Position numbers and translations under genes: made by a program. A DNA stretch of 64,000 nucleotides, taken from NCBI RefSeq assembly GCF_009914755.1, contig NC_060927.1. One strand, given 5' to 3'. This DNA comes from the human T2T-CHM13v2.0 reference genome, Homo sapiens. Under the pieces are notes generated by a model that was given only the letters and a program-made list of their open reading frames with translations, made no database searches and had not been told where the DNA came from. Position 1 is the first letter of the stretch. Each line of letters begins with the position of its first letter. Below are positions 14,031 through 26,400 of this stretch, piece after piece.

Positions 14031-14599
14031 GAGAATGCGAAGGTATAAGAATGATATATTGGACTTTGGGGGCTTAAGGGAAAGGGTGGAGGGTGGCAAG
14101 GGTTAACAGACTATATATTGGGTACAGTGTACACTGCTTGGTTCATAGATGGGCCAAAATCTCAGAAATTACCACTAAAGAACTTATTCATGTAAACAAA
14201 CCCTGCCTGTTTCCCAAAAACTTATTGAAAGAAAAAATAATTTTTTTAAAAAAGAATGCATTTATCCCTTAACGTATAACATATAAAACGTGTAAAACCT
14301 CACTCATCTAATGTAAATTCTCTGGCAGAATATGATTTTTAACTGGGCAATGATGCTAGAAAATATACTATGAAGTGGAATATGAGAAATAAGTTCTAGA
14401 TACCTTTTAAATAATGTTGGGAAAATTGTAAAAATAAATTACATGTTTCATAGCTTAGCTCTCCTCATGTAATGGGCTTATCCTGGAAGTACTGAAATTC
14501 CTTTAATTTCCATATACTATACTTTGTTCCAGAATAAAAGTGACCCAGTTCTTTTGCACCACCGCAAAAACAAACAAACAAAAAAAAAATTAAAAAAAA

Positions 14600-15300
14600 A
14601 AAACTCAAAAAATAACGGATGCTGGTGAAGCTGCGAAGAAAAGGGAACTCTTATACTCTGTTGGTGGGAATGTAAATTAGTTCAACCACTGTGGAAAACA
14701 GCTTGGAGGGTTCTTTGAAAACGAAAGCCAGAACTACCATCTAACCCAGTAATCTCTTTACTGCGTATATACCCAGAGGAAAATAACTGATCTGCCAAAA
14801 AGACAAGCATTCATATGTTTGTCGCAGTACTATTCACGATAGTGAAAACATACAATCAACATAGAATCAACCTAGGTGACCAGCAACAGCGGATTGGCTA
14901 AGGAAAATGTGGTACATATACACCATGGAATATTATGAAACTATAAAAAAAGAACAAATTTATGTCCTTTGCAGCAACATGGATGCAGCTGGAGGTCATT
15001 ATCCTAAGTGAATTAACACAGAAATAGAAAACAAAATACCTTATGTTCTCACGTATAAGTGGGAGCTAAATACTGGATATACATGGACATAAAGATGGGA
15101 ACAATACACACTGGGGACTACTAAAAGGGGGAGGGGAGGGGAAGCAAAGGTTGGAAAACTGCCTATTGGATACTATGCTCACTACCTGGGTGACAAGTTC
15201 ATTTATACCCCAAACCTCAGCATCATACAATATACCCTTGTGACAAACCTGTGCATGAACCTTCTAAATCTAAAATAAAAGTTGAAAAATAAAAATAGTA
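14600..15300 (+). mobile_element. L1PB4-like LINE-1 3' end
   Basis: GGACATAAAGATGGGAACAATACACACTGGGGACTAC..CCCCAAACCTCAGCATCATACAATATACC..CTAAAATAAAAGTTGAA. Confidence 0.9.
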
Positions 15301-15323
15301 ATGAAAGAAAGAAAGAAGAGTCA

Positions 15324-15642
<319 letters not shown>

Positions 15643-16344
15643 TTACTGTTTTTCGCTTCTCTTTAGAGGGCCCAATTCTTTTACATATAAGGATAGAACA
15701 AATTCTATGACATTTAAATTAGAAGAAAAGAAGCAATCTTTGCATATTAGGCCCTGCCCTTGATTTATTATGTGATTTCTGGTAGAAAAAAATTTCTTCT
15801 TCTATATCTCTGACAAGAGTACTATAACATGTTTCCTGCTTACAGCTACACAAAACTCCCCTAATGGGAATACTCCATTTAGGATTATGCAAATGGTGAA
15901 CCTGTGGGCATGTTTGACAAAGCTCTCAACATTCCATGTCAATGTCCTAACCAGTTAACGTTAAGCACATGACTTAACAGATTTTCAAATGTGAACAGGA
16001 TCTGCTTCTATTGTTTATTAAAGGCAAGCCTGAACAACCTCTTACTCTGATTGAGGAACATCGGTATTGACAGAAGAAAAGCCTAATGGCCTATTTGAGA
16101 ACCAGAGTTGAGTGAAATTTCCGTTTCCACTTTTTTAAATGAAGGACTCTCTTTAGTTCAATATATATTTCCAGTGTGGTTAAAGTGAATACTTTAATAC
16201 CATTTTAAAGGAAAAATCAAGAATCTTTGCTATTCTGCTTCATAAAGAATTCACAAAGGGATCAACTTAGAGAAAATAAAGATTAAATAATCGTGGCTGG
16301 GGTTAGTGCCAGGAAAATGGGTCACTTATGAATACATACACAGT

Positions 16345-18130
16345 CACTCATTCAACAAATATAGACAGACCCTGCTATTTGTAAATTAAATTATATAGCT
16401 CCCTCAATTGCCTATATTTTAATGGGATGGGAGAATACAAACAACTGTCATTTTACATAATAATAGAAAACGATTGTAGGAAAAATACTGAAAGGAAATG
16501 ACAATATAGTGTATGATTAAAAGTACCAACTAGATGTTCATAGGGAAAGTTATGACAGAGGAAATCATGATTTAATTGGACCCTAGAAAACAACAAGGAA
16601 TTGGATTAGAGGAGCAAAGGTCTTTGAGTTTTCTTTCCTATTTAAGATGAGGACAAAACAAACAAAAGAGCATGTGTATGAATGGCAAGTTTTAGGGGAG
16701 AATAACAAGATAATTCCAGTCAGAATAGAGTCTATAAAAAGAGAAGCATGGAAGACAAAGTTGGAAGAAATTTTGGGAAAAAACCCTTTGTGCCAGGTGA
16801 AGAAAGTTGTTTGGATTTTAGACAAAATGGCATAATGAAGGCAAGTTGGAGTAAGAGAAAAAGCAGAAGTTTTGAAGTAAGAGAAACTTGGACTTGGATC
16901 CCAACTCTCTATTTCTTCTTTATAAAAGAAGATAATATTATCATATAAGTTTATTAAGAATATTAAGTATAATAATATATATAAAGTAGCTGAGCCATAT
17001 AAACCCTGACGTATGTTAAACATCATGCCACTCTTCCATTTTATTCTCTATGTAGTTGAGTGTTATAAAAATTTTTGAGTGGGCTAATGACTTGATAAAG
17101 AGTGTTTTAGGAAGATAAATTTGATCAGCAATTTGCAGGAGGTGTTGGAGGAAAAGAAGTTAGCTACACATCATTTTATAGGGTAGAGAGTATGAATCCC
17201 CATAAAACAATGTATGCATAATAAAGTTCTTCTGGGGATGGATACATAAGCTTTTGATTATTGAATAAGTCTGTGACTTCCAAAAAGGTGAAAATTCCTG
17301 TGTGTATTATAGAAGATGCTACACTATGAAGGACTAAGGAAGAGAAGCGGAACACAATAAAAAGATGTAATTATTGTATACCCCAATTAAAGGAGAAGTT
17401 GAAAATGATACTGAAAACTTTAATCATTTTGCAGAGAATATCATGATATTTCCAGAGAGGAGATGGTCAGTCTGGAACATGTTGATTTTCAGGTTGTCAG
17501 AATTGCTAAATAAAACCCTACTAGACCGCATTTTGCACAGATTTAGGATGTATGTCTGGGTTGGAGAGAAATATAGTTTAAGGCAGTTTTTCTCAGATTG
17601 TACTTCTGCTCCAAGGCAGGAGGCCAGGCAGTACATAAAGCCATAAGATATAATGACATAGCTTTTGAGAGCACATTCCAAGATATGAAAAAACTGTTTT
17701 AAAATTTTTGCAATTAAGACAAATTGTTATGCCCTCATACAGTGAAGTGTTATGAAATAGAAAATAAAGTCTACAAACATTTTTAAGATTAAACACAGGA
17801 TGGGATAAATCTGCACTAATTCACTATTGCTGTCAGAAGTAATTCAGATAAAAGTTGTGAGAAAACTGCCAAAGAAAGATTGTGAAAATAAAGCAAGCAG
17901 AGGGGCAAGGACTAGGCCTTCAGTACAACCAGAGTTAGAAGATTGAAGGAAGAAGATTCAATTAAGGAGAACTTGTCAAAAAGGCAAGTAGACGTACTAT
18001 AAAAACTAAGTGTCAGAAACCTGGAAAAGAAAGAGTTTTGAGAACAGATTATCAACAGTGTCAAATGCAGCAGCAGAGCTGCATAAAATGAAGAGTTAAA
18101 ATCTCTTTAAGGTTATAATGTTCAGGTTGT
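16345..18130 (-). mobile_element. Fragmented L2 LINE with interspersed MIR (~16820-17030) and other old repeats
   Basis: CACTCATTCAACAAATAT at the start; L2-like GGAACATGTTGATTTTCAGG and TCAACAGTGTCAAATGCAGCAG. Confidence 0.6.
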
Positions 18131-18512
18131 ATGTAAGGATGCTTGGATCATGTTCTAGAATATAAGATTTAATGCAGAAAATTTCCTACTTGTAGCAAGC
18201 CTTCCAGAGATGAATAATCAATCATAAATGTGAATCCCTTAGGCAGATCATTTATTTTAAGTGCTTTTTACTCTCCTCATCACAGCAGCATGCAGCATCC
18301 TTTACTCAAATCTTAGAATCCGTCAGTCTCATCCACTTCAGACTCAATTAGAAGTTGAATATTGTGGAGAATGGAATAATTTATAATATCAAAACTTAGC
18401 ACTTTAGGAATAATGATGGGACGAATCCATTTTTGTTGTTGTTACAGGAGCAGCTCAAATACTCAGAGCTTTATTATCCAGCCTCCTGCATTAGTCAAAA
18501 TGAGAAAAAAAC

Positions 18513-18532
18513 CACATATATGCACGCGCGCG

Positions 18533-18575
<43 letters not shown>
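18513..18575. repeat. (CG)8(CA)17 alternating purine-pyrimidine tract
   Basis: Directly visible. Confidence 0.95.
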
Positions 18576-18576
<1 letters not shown>

Positions 18577-19194
18577 ACAAACGAGAAGTCTATTATTATT
18601 GTTACTATTGCTGTTGTTAGAGAAGAAAAACAATACATATCACTCTTATTTTTTTAAAGCTGCTATAACTTCAGATATGCAGCAAAAGCATTCTTGGAAG
18701 CCACTGCGTCGGATGAAAATATTCATAATATATTCAGTCTGCTGAACCCTCAAGCCATTTCTCCAAAGAAGTACAAATAGTACATGAACAAGCATTCAGT
18801 CAGTGGGGGGATAGGGGAAAAGAGCAAGCACTAAACTAGAAGTCAGGGCCTGCTTCCACTGTTCTTTGTGATTTGTGCCAGTGGCCTTCGTTTATAAATT
18901 TCAGTTGGTCTGCCTATAAAGTGGTGAGGACAATATCTCTCCAACCCAGTTTACCACTCTGGGCCTAAGCATGATCATTCACAATAGACAGACAATTACA
19001 TCTTTCTTCACAAATGTACCATAAGGATTATACTTGATAACATCTGTAAATGTGCTTAGCATTTGGTAAGCATTCAATGGGATGAGTTTGAGTTCTTTCC
19101 ATCGTTCTCTTCCTCCTTAGGGATTCTTTGAAACAACCAAATGACATAAGCCACTATACTTTAAGCATTCATATAACATAAATATGAGAGGCAA

Positions 19195-19257
19195 GGAGGG
19201 AGGGAGAGAGAGAGAGAGAGAGCGAGAGCGAGAGCGCATGTGTGAGAGATATTGAGA
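19195..19257. repeat. GA-rich microsatellite
   Basis: Directly visible (GGGA/GA/GAGC units). Confidence 0.9.
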
Positions 19258-19524
19258 GAAAGACATTGAGAAAGAAATGCATCTTATAGGAGATTAAAAA
19301 CTGCAGAGAGGCTTGGGTTGGAAGATAGCCTAGAGGCAGATAGTGAATAGTAACAAAATCTGGTAATTCTGCAGTTCTAGAAATGGGTATGATATTAGTA
19401 TTAGGAGAATGAATTTCATCTTTAAAAAGATCTCATGGTCTGTGAGATTGAGACAGTCATCATTATAAGACCTTTTAGAGACCCTCCTTTTAAAGACCCT
19501 CCTTAAAGACCTTGAGATGCTTTC

Positions 19525-19587
19525 CATTGCTTATAAGCCACCTAGCCTGTGGTACTTTCTTATAGCAGCCCAAGCTGACTAAGACAT
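19525..19587 (+). mobile_element. MaLR LTR 3' end fragment (MLT1A/MST-like)
   Basis: TATAAGCCACCTAGCCTGTGGTACTTTCTTATAGCAGCCCAAGCTGACTAAGACA. Confidence 0.75.
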
Positions 19588-21023
19588 AGGGCTATAATTT
19601 CCCTTTAAATAACATTGTAAGAGGACATTTATGCAAGAGTACTCTGGGTTTTTTGCCAAGCACTCTAGTACAATTGCTGTCAAATATGGGGACTCTGACC
19701 CACAGGTTTAAAGAGCATAAAATAATATTTAACCATTGTATGTGCAATGCATACTCATATTTTCCATTTTAAATGGTTTTCTCGGCCTGTTAATGAGTCA
19801 ATCTGCACTTGCAAAAAAAAAAAAAAAAAAAAACCACAGCAAAAACCTCAAAGTTTTTGGTAGTTCCTTTTATATATTAATACTGAGAACAATGGTATAA
19901 GGTATGAACACTATTTTTATAAAAACTATTTATTAATCAGTGTCTATTTCAGGGGTTACTTTGATACCTGCTCTATTTAATTTATATAATTAAATATATA
20001 TTTCTTACTAAAGATAGAGTGTGTCAGTTAGTATGACAGTATTTCTTGCAGCGGCTCAGATTTAACATCCTCACCAACGTAGGTCATTTGTTATGAGAGT
20101 GCTTTTGCTGCATATTTGAAGTTGTAGTAGCTTAAAAATATGTCAAGTAACAAAGATGGATATGTACAAAAAAATCTCCATTCAGGGAAAAACAAGCAAA
20201 AACCTCCGAATGTGTACTTTGGGTTTATTATGCAAAAAGAGGGGTCATTACACGAGGCTCTGGTTTAGAGTTCCCTTAACTTCAGTGGTCTATGTCTATT
20301 ATCTGAATTAGTTTATGGTAGCTAATTAAAATATTTTTGAAATGAATTGAAATTGAAGGTTTTTTTGTTGTTATGAGGATTCTCAGGTAGTTTGTAAAAC
20401 TCTCTCTATAGAGAATATTTTAATCTAATTTAGGGGTTCTGGTACTGATGAGTGGAAGACACAAACCACTAAACACAAATGAGAAATTATGTAATCCTAG
20501 TGAGCAACATTAACATAAGAAAAATAATACCACATAGCCATGTGAAATAACATACTTTATTGTGTGCTTACAAAGGAATTGGAGCTGTGGGTCAAGTGAC
20601 ACTTCATCCCTGATTTTCCTGATCATTATAATTTAAATATTTTGTCCATTTATCAGATTATTTTCAGAGTGTGCACTCTAAGTTTTGTGTGAAGAAAATC
20701 GGCTTGATATTTTTGGGTTTATAAGAGTAGAAGCATTTGCTCTTTATTTACTATTTAAGCAAACTTGCGGATTAAGTAAAGCAAAAAGTAATGTTGAATT
20801 AAAAGAAGGAGAAAGCTTGGAGTGCATGACCAGAGCGCTAATTAAAATAGTGAAGTAGGTAGATTTTGTCCTGAGACTCATTCTTCTTCCATTTTAGTGC
20901 CCCTTGCACACCTTGCAGAAAAGTCTGAACCTGCAGTCCTACCAGTGCAGACTCTGAAATGAAGGAAACTTGTGTTAGAATTCAAAGGTGATTGCTTAGT
21001 AGCCACTTAACTTGAATTTAGCA

Positions 21024-21219
21024 TGGAGTTGCCAGATGCACAATGGTAGAGCTAATTAAATTTGAATTTCAGAATAATGACAAAAGAAACAACAAATAAT
21101 TTATTTCATGTAAGTTTGTCCCAACTATTGCATGGGACATCCTTACACTAAGCAATTATTCATTGTTTATTTGAAGTTCTAACTTAACTGAGTGCACTGT
21201 TATTCATCTGGCAACTCTA
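21024..21219. mobile_element. MER53 palindromic hAT MITE, copy 1
   Basis: TIRs TGGAGTTGCCAGAT / ATCTGGCAACTCTA (13/14); central TGTCCCAACTATTGCATGGGACA; arms TTAAATTTGAATTTCAG. Confidence 0.88.
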
Positions 21220-21417
21220 TTTAAATTTTAGATTACTGATGAAAAACTAAATAAATTCATATAAATATAATTTTAATGATGAAAAATAAATAATTTCCTA
21301 CATATATGTTCCAAGTATTGCATAGGACATACTTATACTAAACAATGACTCATTGTTTATGAGAAATTCAAATTTAACTAGGCATCCTATATTTTTACTT
21401 GGTAAATCTGACAACTG
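21220..21417. mobile_element. MER53, copy 2 (left arm degenerate)
   Basis: TATGTTCCAAGTATTGCATAGGACATACTTATACTAAA..GAAATTCAAATTTAACTAGGCATCC..TAAATCTGACAAC. Confidence 0.85.
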
Positions 21418-21532
21418 TTCACCTATCATGATCCCTGGCACATGATAGAAGATACCAAATATCTCCAGAAGCAGAAAGTGGTAACGGAAACAGCAAAGAC
21501 TTTTGCAAATTGATATTGATGCAAATTCTGCT

Positions 21533-21586
21533 TTTACCAGAATTTTATTTTGGACAAAATTTACCAGAATTTTATTTTGGACAAAA
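21533..21586. repeat. Perfect 27-bp tandem duplication
   Basis: TTTACCAGAATTTTATTTTGGACAAAA x2. Confidence 0.95.
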
Positions 21587-22504
21587 TTTTAAAAAGATCT
21601 TAGTCTGACCTTCTTGGGGCTGTGTCCCGTAATCTGAAGCTCTACTTTCTCCTCACCATGAAAATTACTTGACTTTCAACTGGTTCTTGCCTTGGAAATT
21701 AACACATTTACATGATAATTGAAGACTTTAAGATCCCTCCATGTAAACTCACAGAAATGAAGTACTTTCCCAGTCTCACCTTTTTAGTAGCTTATTATCT
21801 ACTCCACCTATTATACTTTTGGAATAAGCCTAGGAGAAGAACCCTCTTCACAATACCTGCCTTTTTCTAAATGTGTAGTCAAGGGAAAATCCCTTGGATT
21901 ACTGTTGAGGATGGGCAAGAGCACAATAAATTACCTTTAGTACTAACATGCCTACCATTTACATAATGCTGGGCATCCAGAGATCTGAAAAGTTAGGCAG
22001 TTTACATAGTAACTTTGGTTTTCATTATAATTTGCTCAATGATCTACATGTTATGTTCCACAGGTTGTCCCTCATTAACAATGCATAGATGGATAAGGTG
22101 TGCAAAATTGCAGCAAAGGCAGTGCTTTTGTTTTCACGAGTCCCTGCTCATGCATCTGTGATGCATTGCCTGGGATGAATGTGTCTCAGATTTATTCTGA
22201 AGCAACTTGTACCTTCAGCATTCCCTAGAAGTGACAGAAGGGGTTTAAATCTGTTAAGTGTGTACTCCATTCCACACTGCCATAAAAGGCAATGCAGTTT
22301 GGGAATTTATTGTCCAACTAGTCCCCTAGCACTCTAGCATAATGGGGTGGTTCCCATCCTGTGGGCATCCCCAGGTGACCACTTTCTAGCTTGTCAAGTA
22401 CAAGCATTAAATTGATTACTTAATATGTTGGCTTTATATGGTAAATACTCATATTTCTAGACTTTATAATGAAACTGTAGGCAACATGTATAACTGATAT
22501 ACAA

Positions 22505-22682
22505 ATGTATGCTTTGTCACATAAATTTATAACAATCTTACAAGATATCTTTATTATCAACATTTTGCAAATGAGAGAAATCAAAGCAGAGAGAGGTTAT
22601 ATAACTTATCCAGGATCTCACAGTTAAGAAGTGATGGAGCCAGTTTCAACTCAGGAAAACTGAATTTTGAATCTATATTCTT
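22505..22682 (-). mobile_element. MIR SINE (host of the adjacent Alu)
   Basis: CATTTTGCAAATGAGAGAAATC..AGAGAGGTTATATAACTTATCCAGG..CACAGTTAAGAAGTG. Confidence 0.75.
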
Positions 22683-23006
<324 letters not shown>

Positions 23007-24089
23007 TAATGGTTTTGGGTGATATAGTATAATACATGGCAATAATAAAACCATCTCCTTGTGCAAGTATCAATTCCTTGGAATGAAGTCATTATATGCA
23101 GAAAGTTGTATCTTTATTTGTAATGGGACCTAAGCCAGAGAATTTCATTTTGAGAGACACTATTTATCACCTCAGGCTAAGACTTAGCTGGATGCTTCTG
23201 CTAAATGTCAGTGATTCAATTCATATTCCAAAAGAGGTTTTATTCAGTCACTATATTGGATTTGTTTTCAAAGCCATACTTCTACTTGCAAGCTAAGTTT
23301 TTGTCTGGTTGGTTGGTTGGTCGATTGCTTACAAAGGGAACAACATAGAGAATACTTCAATGTTAAAATATTTTAGGACTAATCATAGAAATGTGATTTG
23401 AAAGGCTGAGATAAAACATCCAAAAGAAATACATCTTATTTATGGGTCTGAGCCCTTAAATTCTCACTGCGATTTGCAAAAGTTATTGAGCAAGGAGGTT
23501 TAAATAATTTTTAAGTGTGTTTTTAAAAAAAAGTCTGTGCTACTAGAAAGAAAAAGAAAACAACTGTTCTTGCTATCATACATTACATGGTTAAAGGGGC
23601 ACCTCCCTTAACTGACTGGAGGAAGTTAGCTGTTGGTTTCAAAATCACTCTTTCCAGAAAAGCAGGGTGTGTGACTCAGATTTCCACCCGAAGGTGGTCC
23701 TTGAGAGAAGGTCTTAGATGTTTAGAAGAGGTTATGTTACATTCTTTGGTATCACTTATTATTTCCTTCAGGCAAACCACATGTCAGAGGACTTCAATCT
23801 GAAAATGACGTGAGTTACATGGGTTCCTTCCTCTTCGTTTTTTAAAGGTCCTCTTGTCTTTCTGTTTTCATGTGTGCTCTTCACTGGCAGCTTTCTATAA
23901 ACAAATGCACTTATCAGAATAAAAGAGTCATTTCACTTCTCTAGGGAGAGATTTTTATATCCATCTTTTGAAGAGATGAGATGAAACGTAGTTTGAAATT
24001 GAATGTATACAAATTAGTGTATAGATCTCCACATTTTAAAAGACCCTGAGTGGTCAAAATGATGAAACAAATGAGAAAGAAAAATAAGA

Positions 24090-24330
24090 GGACAAGAACT
24101 AACATTAATTGGAAACCCAGTGTGTATCTCACAACCTTATAGGTATTTTGCACACAGCATTTAATTTGATCCTCCTATTAAGGATTAAATAGACATTTTA
24201 TCTCCATGTTATTGATGAGGCAACTGAAGTGTGGACATATGAAAATAACTTCTACCAAATTATGCATGTTATATAAATAGATAGACCAGTAGAGGAAATA
24301 AAAACAAAAACTCAGGATCTGTGATTCCTA
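24090..24330 (-). mobile_element. MIR SINE
   Basis: CATTTAATTTGATCCTC..TCTCCATGTTATTGATGAGGCAACTGAAG. Confidence 0.65.
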
Positions 24331-24560
24331 TACTACTACTCCAGGAACACAGGCATAGCATTGAGTGCTAAAGAGTCTAAAAATGGCTGACAAAATGGAA
24401 AACCTCCAAAGTCCTAGAATATGGATGTTTAAAAATCTTTATTTCTAAAAATAGTCTCAAAGTTTATGTTCCAATAAGAGTTTGGCATCTATAAAAGACA
24501 AATTTAGTTAGAAAAGTATGCCATTGACCCTCAAGGAGACGTTTTTCTCTAGAAGGATTT

Positions 24561-25117
24561 TGTATTATGGTTCTCTAGAAGGACAGACCTAATAGAATAT
24601 ATGTATATATGAAATGGAGTTTATTAAGGAGAATTGACTCAGACAATCACAAGGTAAATGCCCACGATAGGCCATCTGCATGTTGAGGAGCAAGGAAGCC
24701 CAGTGGTGGATCAGTCCAAGTCCCCAAATCTCAAAAGCCAGGAAGCCGACAGTGCAGCCTTTAAGTCTCTGGTGAAAGGCCTGAGAGCCCCTGGCAAGCA
24801 GCTGGTGTAAGTCCAAGAGTCCAAAAGCTGGAGAACTTGGAGTCTGATGTTCGAGGGCAGGAGGTATCCAGCACAGGAGAAAGATGAAGGCCGGACGACT
24901 CGGCAAGTCTGTTCTTCCATCTTCTCCTGTCTCCTTTATTCTGGCTGCACTGGCAGCTGATTAGATGGTGCCCACCCATACTGAGGGTGAGTGTGCCTCT
25001 CCCAGTCCACTGACACAAATGTTAATCTCCTTTGGCAACACCGTCACAGACACACCCAGGAACAGTTCTTTTCATCCTTCAATCTAATCAAGTTGACACT
25101 GAATATTAACCATCACA
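24561..25117 (-). mobile_element. MLT2A2-like ERVL (HERV-L) solo LTR
   Basis: TG..CA termini, perfect 5-bp TSD GATTT (24556-60 / 25118-22), and MLT2A terminus TCAAGTTGACACTGAATATTAACCATCACA. Confidence 0.92.
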
Positions 25118-25473
25118 GATTTTATACATACTTAGGGTCAAGTGTTAAGCATTTTGTTTCAACTATAAGATATATGCTTGGAAATTAGTTTGGCTGACAC
25201 TGGAATTTAGGTATTATATTAAGCTCAGAGCCTTTTGGATTGTAACCCATTTGGCATTATATCATGTTTTATAATTATGTGTTTTTTTTCTCCTCCCCAG
25301 AACCACAGTTTCTTATTAGACAAGAAGTGACAGGTTACCGTAATCCAGGTAGGAGTTGCCTGTCAATATGATATTTTTTCAATAGCATTTACTGAAACAT
25401 ACAAGATTTAGGTATGCCCTAATTGTTGTGGGATTTTCAAAATGTGTCATATTCTATGGGAATCAAGCCGTTT

Positions 25474-26400
25474 AATTCATTAATTCATTAAATTAATATT
25501 TATTTATTAAATGCTTAAGTGACCTAGAGTTGTAGAAGGCACTAAAGATATAATGGCAAACAAATGCAGTTTATTGGGGGAGACAGTAACTAATAAGCAA
25601 TAATTGTAAAGCTGCAATTGTTTTAAGTGCTAAAGTATATGGTACTCTGAGGTAGCATAATAGGAAAATTAATGCATGCAGGAAGATTGGGAAAGGGAAA
25701 TGATCTGAAGTCTGTAGGATGAATAGGAGTAAATTGGGACTAAAGGGGAGGAAAGAGGGTTCGGTCCTTTGAATATCCTGGCTGGGTGATGGTGATGCTG
25801 AGGGAAGAAGCCAAGGAGCACACTGAGCTGGGGTGTGCTCATGGGTAAACATGGTAAACAAGGTCAGGCCAGGACTAGGGACGGGGAGGAGATTGTGAGA
25901 TGTTAGGAGGAAAATTAAAGGATTTCAAAGCTGAGGGAGGATAGGGAATCAGAAAAGGACAGGAGTAACACAATCAGATTTGTGTGGAAAAGATTGCAAA
26001 GATTTTTCTAGGTGTAGTGGGGCAAATGCATGAGCAGGGATAAGGATGGATGACAGTGGGTCGATCACTTATGAGCCATTTACAGCAGTCCAGTCCTAGG
26101 GGTACTTGTAACCTGTTTCAGGTGGTAGTGAGGATGGAGGTGTAGATAGGAGAACAGAGTGGAGAGATGTGTCTGAATTTTTTATGAACAGACATTGGTG
26201 ATGAATTACATATGGAAAGATGGGAGGGGAAGAAGACTTGTTTAGGATGACTCTGGTTTCTTATTCTCTATGTTCCTCATTTTTTTTTTTCAAAATGAAC
26301 CAAACAGGGTTGAGAGTGAAGGAAGATGCTGGGTCCAGTTTTGTACATATTGGGATTAAGGTACCTTACAGATATCTAAATAATGATGTCCTATATACTT
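25474..26400 (-). mobile_element. L2 LINE (degenerate)
   Basis: ATTCATT..ATTTATTAAATGCTT start; GAAGATGCTGGGTCCAGTTTTGTACATATTG. Confidence 0.7.

Larger units (their letters stand above)
9897..14252 (+). mobile_element. 5'-truncated L1PB (L1PB1/2-like) LINE-1: end of ORF1, ORF2, 3' UTR
   Basis: Continuous L1 homology; L1PB-type 3' UTR (AAGAATGATATATTGGACTTTGGG..ACCACTAAAGAACTTATTCATGTAA) and an A-rich tail. Confidence 0.95.

Noticed and set aside
9897-14252. Possibility of an active L1 or a domesticated reverse transcriptase
   Set aside because: No 5' UTR, most of ORF1 is missing, and ORF2 is broken into pieces of 122 aa or less by many stops and frameshifts
16583-17026. Longest ORF in the window (147 aa)
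   Set aside because: Lies in decayed L2/MIR sequence; low-complexity F/L/I-rich translation typical of AT-rich non-coding DNA
19813-19833. Orphan A21 run (similar runs near 14565-14610, 39110-39145, 53764-53780)
   Set aside because: No TSD or recognisable retrocopy body upstream; treated as simple mononucleotide tracts
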